DNA of 64,000 bases from assembly GCA_934167495.1 (NCBI GenBank), contig CAKPKP010000001.1, positions 48,904-112,903 on the forward strand. Reading direction: 5' to 3'. Shown piece after piece: positions 8,845-18,605 of this stretch. Each line of letters starts with the position of its first letter. Positions within the stretch are counted from its first letter, which is position 1. The stretch comes from an uncultured Clostridia bacterium (GTDB lineage Bacteria > Bacillota > Clostridia > TANB77 > CAG-508). The notes below the pieces were generated by a model, which was not told the origin of the DNA, did no database searches, and worked only from the letters and a program-made list of their open reading frames with translations. Both the position numbers and the translations under genes were made by a program.

Positions 8845-11094
8845 ATGAAAAAGGTAAAAATAGTAGCTACAATAATTACAATTTTATTATTAATGAGTTT
8901 GAATACATATGCAGTTGAAACAACAGAAAAAGACAAAGAAGTTGAACTTTCTTATTATACTCATGTTCAAGATATTGGATGGGAGGAGAAGTTTTGTCAT
9001 AAAAATGGAGAAATAGCAGGAACAACAGGAAGAGCTAAAGTTATAGAAGCTATTGTTATAAAGGCTGACAATTTACCAAAAGGTGTAACTTTAAAATATC
9101 AAGCACATGTAAGAGATATAGGTTGGCAAAGTTGGAAAAATAATGGAGAAATGGCAGGAACAACAGGAAGAGCAAAATCAATAGAAGCTATACAAATTAT
9201 GCTTCAAAATACAGAAGAATACACTATACAATATAGAGTGCATGTAAGAGATTTAGGATGGCAAGATTGGGTAAATAATGGAGAACAAGCAGGAACTACT
9301 GGTATAGCCAAACCTATAGAAGCTATACAAATAAAAATTATAAAAAGAGATGGTAAAATTCTTTATAAAGCACATGTGAGTGATATAGGTTGGATGAATT
9401 GGATGTATGATGGAGAACAAGCTGGAACTACAGGAAAAGCAAAGCCAGTTGAAGCTTTATATATTAAATCAGCAGAAAGCGAAAAATTTCAAATTGAATA
9501 TCAAGCACATGTAAGAGATATAGGCTGGATGGATTGGGTAGAAAATGGAGAACAAGCAGGAACTACAGGAAAGGCAAAGCCTATTGAAGCAATAAGAATA
9601 AAATTTAAAGAAGAGAATTCTGAATATAGCATAATGTATAGAGCACACGTAAGAGATATAGGCTGGATGGATTGGGTATATGATGGAGAACAAGCAGGAA
9701 CTACAGGAAGAGCAAAATCAGTAGAAGCAATACAAATTAAAATCGTACCAAAAACAGAAGAAAGAGTTACTTTATATGAAACTGGAACGTATGGTAAAAG
9801 CGGGTTATCATATAAAGGAGATTCTAGAGGAAGAAATTTAGAATATTATAGATTTGGAAATGGACCAAATGTGCTTTTTGCAACATTTGCAGTTCATGGA
9901 TTTGAGGATAAATGGAATAATGATGGTGGAGAACTAGTTACTATTGCTAATAATTTTTATAATCAACTAAAAAGTGGAAAATATGATGATATAGCAGAAA
10001 AGTGGACTGTATATATTTTTCCAGAAGTAAATCCAGATGGAAGGAGATATGGTTATAGTCATAATGGACCAGGAAGAACAACTTTATTTAGTAAAGCAGA
10101 AGGAAACAAAGGAATAGATATAAATAGATGTTGGGAGATTTCTGGAGTTCCATATCAAAGATTTACAGAAAGCAGAAACTACAATGGAACATCAGGATTT
10201 CAAGCTTATGAAGCAGTAGCTTTAAGAGACTTTTTATTAGCAAATCAATCTAAAACAGGACAAACTATATTAGTTGATTTACATGGTTGGACAAATCAAT
10301 TAATAGGTGATGAAGAAATATGTATGAATTATTATTATCCTAGATTTAAAAATTCAGATAGAAGTGCTGTTGGAAGATATGGTACAGGATATTTAATTAA
10401 TTGGGCTAGAAGTACATTGCGTTCAAGTGCAGGAAATGCAAAATCCGTATTAATAGAATTACCATCAAATGGTGTAGATAGTACTCAAGATGTTATAAAA
10501 TACAACTTATCTGGTAGATACATAGAATCAACAATAGAAATGTTAAAAAATATTTATGTTCCTTCAAATGAAATAAGAGTAAAAGCTCAAAGCTTAGTAG
10601 TCGAGGAACAAATAACAGAAGAAGCTCAGTTTAATACAACACTTGCAGGAATAATAAAAGAAAATAAACCAAACGATGATGAAATAGAAGAAATTGTTGC
10701 AAAAGAGAATTTAAAAAATGGTGTATGGATTAGTGAAAGATCAAGAAATGAATTTTTAAAATTAATAAATTCTTACACAAATCAAAAATATGAAATAGAT
10801 GATAATGGTTATTTAAAAATAGCAAAAAAATCAGAAAATAAAAATGATTATGATATAGCTTTAGAAAAGGCAATGAGTTCTAAAAAAGAATATGTAATTG
10901 ATATTTATGGAAGTTATTATTCTATAGATTATGTTACAAAAACAATAGAAAATAATCCTTTTGAGAAAATGGATCCTTATCAAATTTGTGAATATGTAGA
11001 AGCAGAAAATAAAAAAGCAATTATTTTAACAAGTAATTCACAAAATAAATTAGATAAAAAAGAAATAATAGATGTATTAATTGAAATGCTTTAA
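8845..11094 (+). CDS. secreted ChW-repeat protein with M14 zinc carboxypeptidase-like (gamma-D-glutamyl-diamino acid peptidase-like) domain
   Basis: Signal peptide. Seven ~48-aa repeats of the form HV(R/Q)DIGW...GE.AGTTG.AK.IEAI.IK, i.e. the clostridial hydrophobic-W type. These are followed by AVHGFED, NPDGRRYGY and DLHGW, the HxxE/NPDG/H signature of M14 peptidases. Confidence 0.7.
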   Translation: MKKVKIVATIITILLLMSLNTYAVETTEKDKEVELSYYTHVQDIGWEEKFCHKNGEIAGTTGRAKVIEAIVIKADNLPKGVTLKYQAHVRDIGWQSWKNNGEMAGTTGRAKSIEAIQIMLQNTEEYTIQYRVHVRDLGWQDWVNNGEQAGTTGIAKPIEAIQIKIIKRDGKILYKAHVSDIGWMNWMYDGEQAGTTGKAKPVEALYIKSAESEKFQIEYQAHVRDIGWMDWVENGEQAGTTGKAKPIEAIRIKFKEENSEYSIMYRAHVRDIGWMDWVYDGEQAGTTGRAKSVEAIQIKIVPKTEERVTLYETGTYGKSGLSYKGDSRGRNLEYYRFGNGPNVLFATFAVHGFEDKWNNDGGELVTIANNFYNQLKSGKYDDIAEKWTVYIFPEVNPDGRRYGYSHNGPGRTTLFSKAEGNKGIDINRCWEISGVPYQRFTESRNYNGTSGFQAYEAVALRDFLLANQSKTGQTILVDLHGWTNQLIGDEEICMNYYYPRFKNSDRSAVGRYGTGYLINWARSTLRSSAGNAKSVLIELPSNGVDSTQDVIKYNLSGRYIESTIEMLKNIYVPSNEIRVKAQSLVVEEQITEEAQFNTTLAGIIKENKPNDDEIEEIVAKENLKNGVWISERSRNEFLKLINSYTNQKYEIDDNGYLKIAKKSENKNDYDIALEKAMSSKKEYVIDIYGSYYSIDYVTKTIENNPFEKMDPYQICEYVEAENKKAIILTSNSQNKLDKKEIIDVLIEML

Positions 11095-11114
11095 AATGTA
11101 GCAAGGAGAAAGAG

Positions 11115-11744
11115 ATGTCAAATGTAATAAAAATAGGAACAGATGATAATACAAAAAATTTAAAAATAGCAGCAAACATTATAAAAAAAGGTGGAATAGT
11201 AATATTTCCAACAGAAACTGTTTATGGAATAGGAACAAATGGATTAGATGAAGAAGCGGTAAAAAAATTATATGAAGTAAAAGATAGACCTTTAAATAAA
11301 CCAATTAGTTTATTAGTTTCTAATTTTGATATGATAAATCAAGTAGCAAAAGATATTACTGAAATGGAATATAAAATTATGAAAAATTTTTTTCCAGGTC
11401 CATTAACTATAATTTTGAATAAAAAAAGTTGTGTTCCTGATATATTAACAGCTAAAGGAAATACAGTTGGAATAAGAATGCCTGATAATGAGATTGCATT
11501 AAAGCTTATAGAATTATCAGGAGTTCCAATAGCTACTCCAAGTGCTAATATTTCTGGAAGACCAAGTGGTATAGATATAGAAGATATAAAAAAGGATTTT
11601 GAAGGAAAAGTTGATTTATTTATAGACAGTGGAAAAAGTAAAATAGGAAACGGCTCAACAATTGTAAAAGTTGAAGATAATGAGATAAAAATTTTAAGAC
11701 AGGGAATTATTACGAAAGAACAAATAGAAGATATTTGTAAATAA
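11115..11744 (+). CDS. tsaC: L-threonylcarbamoyladenylate synthase (YrdC/TsaC type)
   Basis: GGIVIFPTETVYGIGTNGLDEEAVKKLYEVKDRPLNKPISLLV is the YrdC signature. Confidence 0.85.
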   Translation: MSNVIKIGTDDNTKNLKIAANIIKKGGIVIFPTETVYGIGTNGLDEEAVKKLYEVKDRPLNKPISLLVSNFDMINQVAKDITEMEYKIMKNFFPGPLTIILNKKSCVPDILTAKGNTVGIRMPDNEIALKLIELSGVPIATPSANISGRPSGIDIEDIKKDFEGKVDLFIDSGKSKIGNGSTIVKVEDNEIKILRQGIITKEQIEDICK

Positions 11745-11849
11745 AAATTGTGCAGAAACTTTTAATATTGACATGAATAGAAAGTCTAATATTAAGAGTT
11801 TCTTTTTTTACATTACAGAAAAGTCATTCCAACTTCCTATAATATGTCT

Positions 11850-11888
11850 GTGAGGTATTTCAAATCAAGTAAAAATATGGTATAATAT
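11850..11888 (+). promoter_or_regulatory. candidate sigma-A promoter (TTTCAA-17-TGgTATAAT) upstream of the 11924 gene
   Basis: Extended -10 TGGTATAAT at 11878-11886, with a weak -35 17 bp upstream. Confidence 0.4.
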
Positions 11889-11923
11889 AATTCTATGAGA
11901 TGGGAGTAAAAGAAGGAGAAAAA

Positions 11924-12904
11924 ATGAATATTAAGCATATTTTTAAAACCATAATAAATAAATTTAGAAATAAAAATATAAAAGAATTGCCAATGGAAGA
12001 CAGATATGCAGAAATAGTGGATACAATTGAGGACTTGGATTTAGCAAAACATTTTGAAGAAGATATGCCTAATGAAGTAAGAGATAAAATAAATAAGTAT
12101 GATAAAATTAAAGATTTATATAATTTTCCATTAAATACAAAAATTTCTGTAAATAATTCTACAGAAATAGTAAAAAGCTTTTTTAATGAATTTGATTATG
12201 ATATAGGAAAAAAGATAGGTGAAATTTTTAAAGGAAGCAATGGAAATATTCATATGCAAATAAGAAAGGCTAATGATGAATCAGAAGCTGGAAGTGTTAC
12301 AAATCCTTCAAAATTACCAGTATATGTAGATATTCCTGTTTTTGGGGATTTGAGAGATGCATACACTATGGTTCATGAATTAACACATACATTAGATATA
12401 AAGAATAAAGACTTAGCAACGAGAAGAATATTAGGAGAAGTAGCTCCTCAATGCATGGAAAGAATGTTAGATGATTTTCTAAAAAATATTCCAGATATAG
12501 AAAAGAAAAAATATGGCATATCAGATGATATATTAGAAGAGGATATTGAAACTAGAAGGACAACAACATTTATAACAAGATACAGAAATGTAATGAGTTT
12601 GAATAGGGAACACGGAAATAGAGAAATGGATATTAGATATATGCTAGCACAGATGTATTCTTCAAAATTTATACAACAATATAATAATAGTGAAACTCTT
12701 TTAAAATTTATAAAATATGTAGAAGATGATGACTTTGAAAATGCAAATAAAACGTTTGGAATTAAAATAGATAAAAGATATTCTGTAGATAGAAATTTAC
12801 TAATAAATTCATGTTATAATGATATTATTAGTGAAAAAGAAGATATAAGTAAAGAAGTAGAAAAAGCACATGTGAAAAGTGAGAATAAAGAAATAGAAAG
12901 GTAG
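11924..12904 (+). CDS. hypothetical zincin-like protein (HExxH: YTMVHELTHTLD)
   Basis: ORF track 11900..12904. AAGGAG RBS before the ATG at 11924. HELTH motif. No TM helices. Confidence 0.4.
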   Translation: MNIKHIFKTIINKFRNKNIKELPMEDRYAEIVDTIEDLDLAKHFEEDMPNEVRDKINKYDKIKDLYNFPLNTKISVNNSTEIVKSFFNEFDYDIGKKIGEIFKGSNGNIHMQIRKANDESEAGSVTNPSKLPVYVDIPVFGDLRDAYTMVHELTHTLDIKNKDLATRRILGEVAPQCMERMLDDFLKNIPDIEKKKYGISDDILEEDIETRRTTTFITRYRNVMSLNREHGNREMDIRYMLAQMYSSKFIQQYNNSETLLKFIKYVEDDDFENANKTFGIKIDKRYSVDRNLLINSCYNDIISEKEDISKEVEKAHVKSENKEIER

Positions 12905-12914
12905 TAGTATAGAT

Positions 12915-13742
12915 ATGATAATAAAGGAGATAAAAACTAATGATTATTTAACAAAATCTAATTTACCATCAAGTGACTATGTTATTAATCCATATGTTGG
13001 ATGTACACATGGATGCAAATACTGTTATGCATCATTTATGAAACATTTTACAGGTCATGATGAAAAATGGGGAGAATTTATAGATATAAAATCTTGTAAT
13101 AAAAAGATTGATTTGAAAAAGATATCTGGTAAAAATGTATTTTTATCATCTGTTACAGATTGTTATAATGAATTAGAAGAAAAATATTGTATAACAAGAA
13201 ATATATTAGAACAATTGCAATATTCTGATTGTAATTTATCCATATCAACAAAATCAAAATTAATTTTAAGAGATATAGATATTTTAAAGAAAATTAAAAA
13301 TTTAACTGTTAGTTTATCTATTAATACTTTAGATGAAAAATTTAGAAGTGATATGGATAATGCAAGTTCAATAAATGAAAGATTAGAAACGTTAAGAAAA
13401 TTACATGAAAACGGAATATATACAATATTATTTATGTCTCCAATTTTTCCATACATTACAGAATGGAAGAAAATAATAGAAATATCAAAAGATTTTGTTG
13501 ATGAATATTGGTTTGAAAACCTTAACCTAAGAGGTAGTTACAAAAAAGAAATTTTAGAATATATAAAAACTAATTATAGTAAACTTTATGATAGCTACGT
13601 AGAGATATATGTTAAGAATAAGGATGAATATTGGAGAAATTTAGCTATTGAAATAGAGAAGTTTTGTGATGAAAATAATATTAAATATATAAATTACTTT
13701 TACCATAAAGAGTTGGTAGAGAAAAAGAAGGTTAAAATATAA
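12915..13742 (+). CDS. radical SAM protein of the spore-photoproduct-lyase (SplB/COG1533) family
   Basis: NPYVGCTHGCKYCYASF contains the CxxxCxxC cluster in the SPL-family context. 275 aa. Confidence 0.7.
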   Translation: MIIKEIKTNDYLTKSNLPSSDYVINPYVGCTHGCKYCYASFMKHFTGHDEKWGEFIDIKSCNKKIDLKKISGKNVFLSSVTDCYNELEEKYCITRNILEQLQYSDCNLSISTKSKLILRDIDILKKIKNLTVSLSINTLDEKFRSDMDNASSINERLETLRKLHENGIYTILFMSPIFPYITEWKKIIEISKDFVDEYWFENLNLRGSYKKEILEYIKTNYSKLYDSYVEIYVKNKDEYWRNLAIEIEKFCDENNIKYINYFYHKELVEKKKVKI

Positions 13743-13778
13743 TCGAATTTTGGAGTTGAAATAGAAAGGAGAATAGAA

Positions 13779-14381
13779 ATGAAAGAAGTGTTATTCGCAA
13801 CAGGAAATGAAAGTAAAGTTAAGAGATTTCAAAAAGGGCTTCTAGCTAAAGAAATAAAAATAATTACATTAAATGATATAGATACAAAGAATATCGAAAT
13901 TGTAGAAGATGGAAAAAATGCAATAGAAAATGCATTAATAAAAGCAAGAGCATATGCTAAAATTCAAGATATTCCTGTGTTTGCTATGGATGATAACTTA
14001 TACATTGAGGGAATACCAGAAGATAAACAGCCAGGAATGTATGTAAGAAGAGTTAATGGAAAAAGGTTAAATGATGATGAAATGATAGATTATTATTCAA
14101 ATTTAGCACATACTTATGGAGAAAATGGAAAGTTAACTTGCAGATGGGTTTATGGTATAGCTGTTATAAATAATGGAGTTGAATCAACGTACACTTGGAG
14201 CAAAGATGATTTTTATATAGTTGATAAGCCTTCAAATAAAATTAATCCAGGATATCCTTTAAATACAATATCGATAAATAAAAAACTAAATAAATATTTT
14301 ACAGAAATAACTGAAGACGATAAAAATGAAATTAAAGAAGATGAAAGTGATGTTATAGAATTTCTTTGTAAGAATTTATAA
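13779..14381 (+). CDS. Ham1/RdgB-like non-canonical purine NTP pyrophosphatase family protein
   Basis: LFATGNESKV..., ENALIKARAYAK and FAMDDNLYIEG match ITPase motifs. Confidence 0.55.
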   Translation: MKEVLFATGNESKVKRFQKGLLAKEIKIITLNDIDTKNIEIVEDGKNAIENALIKARAYAKIQDIPVFAMDDNLYIEGIPEDKQPGMYVRRVNGKRLNDDEMIDYYSNLAHTYGENGKLTCRWVYGIAVINNGVESTYTWSKDDFYIVDKPSNKINPGYPLNTISINKKLNKYFTEITEDDKNEIKEDESDVIEFLCKNL

Positions 14382-14424
14382 TGTAAGATTTAATTAAATA
14401 GTAATTTGTGGAGGTATTATAACT

Positions 14425-14721
14425 ATGAGAATAAAACAGCAAAAGCAGATAAAATCATTTTTAATCGAAGAGTTTGGGATAGATAAAGGGAATGCTTTGT
14501 TTGATAAGCAAGAGACAATGCTTAATGAACTTATTAAAAATAGGACTTATAGGAATAGTTGTGGGAACATTATTACTATTGATAAAATAAGTATAAGAGA
14601 TATTAAAATTTTAGCAAGTAAAGAAATTGAGTATGATAAAAAACTAGGTAAAGAAATAATGTATTTAGAATTAATTAAACTCTCTATATATGAATTAAAG
14701 AAAATGCACATGAGAGATTAA
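14425..14721 (+). CDS. hypothetical protein sharing a 20-aa C-terminal segment with the 16571 gene
   Basis: C-terminus SKEIEYDKKLGKEIMYLELIK versus SKEIEYAKKLGKEVMYLEPIK in the 16571 gene. ~85% DNA identity over ~60 bp. The N-terminus is unrelated. Confidence 0.4.
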   Translation: MRIKQQKQIKSFLIEEFGIDKGNALFDKQETMLNELIKNRTYRNSCGNIITIDKISIRDIKILASKEIEYDKKLGKEIMYLELIKLSIYELKKMHMRD

Positions 14722-14737
14722 ATATAAAGGAGAAAAT

Positions 14738-15409
14738 ATGGATAGAAAAATGTTAGAAAATATTTATAATGATTGTTTAGAAATGGCTGATATAATTAAA
14801 AATCCAATATTAAAAGAATGTTGTAAAAAAATATATAGTGATTATAAAGAAAAATTAATAAATAAACCTGCTACACCTGGTTCACATCATTTTTATAAAG
14901 GAGGATTATTATTTCATATATATAGTGTTACAAAAAATGCTATGGCAATTTGTGATTTGTATCCTAACTTAAATGTAGATAAAGATTTAATAATTTTTGG
15001 CTCATTAGTGCATGATATAGGAAAATGTAATGATTTTAATGATTTTTCTGACAGTGAAAATTATAATTCTATAAATGGCAATAGTATGGATTTATTAGGT
15101 CATTCTTATGAAGGAACACATATTGTTGAGAACTATTTAAAAAATTATGATATAGATGAACAATTTAAAAATCAGATTATACATATGATAGGCAGTCACA
15201 TGAATGAATATAGTGAATGGGGAGCTTTAGTTTTACCTAAAATGCTTGAAGTTATAATTATAAATTATGCTGATAGTATGGATGCATATCTTGAACCAGC
15301 ACACAAAATTATTAATAATACAAAAAAAGGTGAAAAATATAAAGTTGCAAATGCACCAAGATATTATTATAAATCATTAAATCCATATTACGAAAATGAT
15401 AATTTGTAA
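14738..15409 (+). CDS. HD domain phosphohydrolase
   Basis: H...HD motif: HIYSVTKNAM...FGSLVHDIGK. Confidence 0.7.
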   Translation: MDRKMLENIYNDCLEMADIIKNPILKECCKKIYSDYKEKLINKPATPGSHHFYKGGLLFHIYSVTKNAMAICDLYPNLNVDKDLIIFGSLVHDIGKCNDFNDFSDSENYNSINGNSMDLLGHSYEGTHIVENYLKNYDIDEQFKNQIIHMIGSHMNEYSEWGALVLPKMLEVIIINYADSMDAYLEPAHKIINNTKKGEKYKVANAPRYYYKSLNPYYENDNL

Positions 15410-15517
15410 TTTAAACCTTTTTACGCAATTATTATAAATAGATAATTTATAAAATTAATATTTGGAAGATGTTTTGAAAAATAAAAGTATTATTTAAGTA
15501 ATAAAGAAAGAGGGAAT

Positions 15518-16447
15518 ATGTTAGAAAAGATAAAAACCTCATGTAATTATGTTGCAAAAAATAGTAAATATGTAGCAATTAATTATGATGTATTAGATGA
15601 ATATATAAAAACTATAGATATGAGAAAAATAAAATTTTGGCTTAGTAGTAATCCATATAATTTATTTGATATGAATATTGATAAAATAATTAACTTTATG
15701 TTGATATTTGAATCAATAGATTATTGCTTTTGGGGACAACCTAAATGGACAATAGAAACAATAGATGGGAAAAAATCTGGTTCAGATGCTTTATTATACG
15801 CATTATTAAGTCATGTAAAGAAAGTAGATAAGATTGATTTTTCAAATATTTCATTTGAAGAATTTTCGGATATATTAAAAGGTAATGTTGATATTCCATT
15901 TTTAAAAGAAAGATATGAGACTGTTGTTTCAATATGTAATGTAGTTAATAAAAAAATGAATGGCAATTTTTATAATTATATTGAGAAAATCAATGAAGAT
16001 ACTGAATTATTTGATATTATTATTAATAATTTTAGTGAGTTTTGCGATGTAAGAGAATACGATAATAAAAAAATATATTTTTATAAATTAGCACAATTGT
16101 TAACTTCTGATATTTTGCATATAAAAGAACTAATTAATGGTACAAAAGTTGATTATAGTCATTTGGTAGGATGTGCTGATTATAAAATACCACAAACTTT
16201 AAGGGCTTTAGGAATAGTAGAGTTTAATTCTGAATTATCTAAGATTGTAGATAATAAGCAGTTAATAGATGAAAATTCAATGTATGAAGTAGAAATAAGA
16301 GCAAATATGATTGCAGTTATTAGTTATATTAACTCAAAATTAAAAGATACTTGTTCTATAGATATAAATGATTATTTATTTTTAGCTTCTAAAAAAATTA
16401 AAGATATAGCCAAACCATATCATATGTGTAAAAACAAAAATTACTAA
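15518..16447 (+). CDS. hypothetical protein, possibly DUF2419/Qng1-like (queuosine salvage family); low confidence
   Basis: 309 aa, soluble. A SIDYCFWG-type motif recalled from this family. The neighbours are nucleoside-hydrolase-like. Confidence 0.3.
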   Translation: MLEKIKTSCNYVAKNSKYVAINYDVLDEYIKTIDMRKIKFWLSSNPYNLFDMNIDKIINFMLIFESIDYCFWGQPKWTIETIDGKKSGSDALLYALLSHVKKVDKIDFSNISFEEFSDILKGNVDIPFLKERYETVVSICNVVNKKMNGNFYNYIEKINEDTELFDIIINNFSEFCDVREYDNKKIYFYKLAQLLTSDILHIKELINGTKVDYSHLVGCADYKIPQTLRALGIVEFNSELSKIVDNKQLIDENSMYEVEIRANMIAVISYINSKLKDTCSIDINDYLFLASKKIKDIAKPYHMCKNKNY

Positions 16448-16570
16448 AAATATTTTATATTATAATTTATATATTTACTAATATATAGGCGAGAAACTAT
16501 TGAAGAAAGAATGAAAAAATGATAAATTAAGTAGTGTACAATAAAGTTATTAATTAAAGGAGAGACTGAG

Positions 16571-16867
16571 ATGAACAAAATTGTTACTATTTGTGGTAGT
16601 ATGAAATTTAAAGATAAAATGATGGAAGTAGCTAAAGAGTTAGAAATAAAAAATAATTATGTTGTTATTCAATGTATTTATAGTAATGATAAATTTAGTG
16701 ATGAAGAACAAAAAAATTTAGCAGATTTACATTATAATAAAATTAAAATTAGTGATGCAATATATGTAATAAATGTTAATGGATATATTGGAAATCAAAC
16801 AAGTAAAGAAATTGAATATGCTAAAAAATTAGGTAAAGAAGTAATGTATTTGGAACCTATAAAATAA
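16571..16867 (+). CDS. nucleoside 2-deoxyribosyltransferase-like (DNPH1/Rcl-like Rossmann) small protein
   Basis: IVTICGSMKF...DAIYVINVNGYIGNQTSKEIEYAKKLGKEV matches the layout of this fold. Confidence 0.5.
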   Translation: MNKIVTICGSMKFKDKMMEVAKELEIKNNYVVIQCIYSNDKFSDEEQKNLADLHYNKIKISDAIYVINVNGYIGNQTSKEIEYAKKLGKEVMYLEPIK

Positions 16868-17157
16868 TAAAAAGAAAGTGAAAAATAGAGCGGAAGTTTA
16901 TGTTAATCATAGTGAATTATTGGAAGAAATCAAAAAAATTGTTAGTGAATGTGGAAAAATATAGCTAGTTGAAAAAAATGAACACTTTACAAATTTGATA
17001 TTTTTCGTAATTTAATAAAAATGTGGAAGATGAAACTATTTGAAAGAAGACTTAATAAAAACAGAATTAATAGATAAATTACCAACAGAAGAAATAAACC
17101 TATATTTAGATATAGATGAAACAAATAGATAGTAATTTAGTGAGATTGGAGGTAAAA

Positions 17158-17603
17158 ATGAATATAAAAAGATTAAAGATAGAAATTCATTGCTAATAAG
17201 CCAATTACTAGAAATATGGGAGGATTCTGTAAAAGCGACACACTCATTTCTATCTAATGATGAAATTAAAGATATAAAAGAATATGTACCACAAGCTATT
17301 TTGGAAGTATCACATTTGATAATTATAGAAAATAAAAATCATTATCCTATTGCTTTTATGGGAATAGAAGATACAAAACTTGAAATGTTATTTATTAAAA
17401 ATAGTGAAATAGGAAAAGGCCTAGGAAAACAATTATTGAACTATGATATAGAAAATTATAACATCAGAGAACTAGCAGTAAACGAACAAAATCCTAATGC
17501 AAAAAGGTTTTATGAACATATGGGATTTAGAACTTATAAAAGAACAGAATTGGACGAGCAAGGAAATCCTTATCCAATTTTATATATGATGTTAGAAAGA
17601 TAA
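17158..17603 (+). pseudogene. GNAT family N-acetyltransferase with apparent -1 frameshift near codon 11
   Basis: GGAGG RBS plus ATG at 17158 gives MNIKRLKIEIHC then a stop. The conserved body (LISQLLEIWEDSVKATH..., and ELAVNEQNPNAKRFYEHMGF with the acetyl-CoA motif) continues in frame 0 from 17190. A one-base loss in CATTGCTA joins the two. Confidence 0.55.
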
Positions 17604-17634
17604 GTTACAATTTATAAAAAAGGAAGCGGAAAAT

Positions 17635-18582
17635 ATGGATATGTATCAAAAAAGAAAAAAGAGAAAAGAAATGAAAAATGATGAAAATAAAAAAGAAATG
17701 CAAAATCAAATGAATATTAACTGGTATCCCGGACATATGGCTAAAACAAAAAGGCAATTGATAGAAGAGTTAAAGTTAATAGATGTAGTAATAGAAATAG
17801 TAGACGCCAGAATTCCTATGTCTAGCAGAAATCCAGATATATTAGAAATTACAAAAAACAAAAAAAGAGTAATTATTTTAAATAAAAGCGATTTAGCAAA
17901 TGAAAACGAAAATATTAAGTGGCAAAAATATTTTAAAATGAATGAAACAAATTGCTGTATAGTTGATTCGAATTCTGGAAAAGGAATTAATAATGTTCTA
18001 ACAGAAGTAGAAAATTTAATGAGTGATGAGTTAAAAAGATATGAGACAAAAGGCAGAATAGGAAAACCTATAAGAGTTGCAATTTTAGGAATACCTAATG
18101 TTGGAAAATCATCATTTATAAATAGAATAGCTAAAAAAAGTACAATGATAGTTGGGAATAAACCAGGTGTAACAAAACAAAATAAATGGTTAAGAATAAA
18201 TTCTAAAATAGAATTATTAGATACCCCAGGTGTATTATGGCCAAAGTTTGAAAATAAAGAAGTAGGTCTTAATTTAGCTTTTACTGGTAGTATAAAAGAT
18301 GATATCTTAGATAAAGTAGAGGTAGCATATTATTTAATTGAAAAATTGTATAGAGATAATAAAGATGCATTAATAACAAGATACAAGCTAGAGGAAAAAG
18401 ATATAGAAAATATGAAAAATGAACCAAATGAAATATATGCTTTATTTGAAGTAATAGCCAAAAAAAGAGGAGCAATATTATCTGGCGGTAGAATTGATGA
18501 AGAAAAAGCAGCATCAATAATTTTAGATGATTTTAGAAGCGGAAAAATAGGAAAAATAACTTTAGAAAGATGTAATAAATAG
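17635..18582 (+). CDS. rbgA: ribosome biogenesis GTPase A (YlqF/RbgA)
   Basis: NWYPGHMAKTKRQ, ILNKSDL and GIPNVGKSSFINR are circularly permuted GTPase motifs. Confidence 0.9.
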   Translation: MDMYQKRKKRKEMKNDENKKEMQNQMNINWYPGHMAKTKRQLIEELKLIDVVIEIVDARIPMSSRNPDILEITKNKKRVIILNKSDLANENENIKWQKYFKMNETNCCIVDSNSGKGINNVLTEVENLMSDELKRYETKGRIGKPIRVAILGIPNVGKSSFINRIAKKSTMIVGNKPGVTKQNKWLRINSKIELLDTPGVLWPKFENKEVGLNLAFTGSIKDDILDKVEVAYYLIEKLYRDNKDALITRYKLEEKDIENMKNEPNEIYALFEVIAKKRGAILSGGRIDEEKAASIILDDFRSGKIGKITLERCNK

Positions 18583-18605
18583 AAAAATATAAGGAGAAGT
18601 TTATA

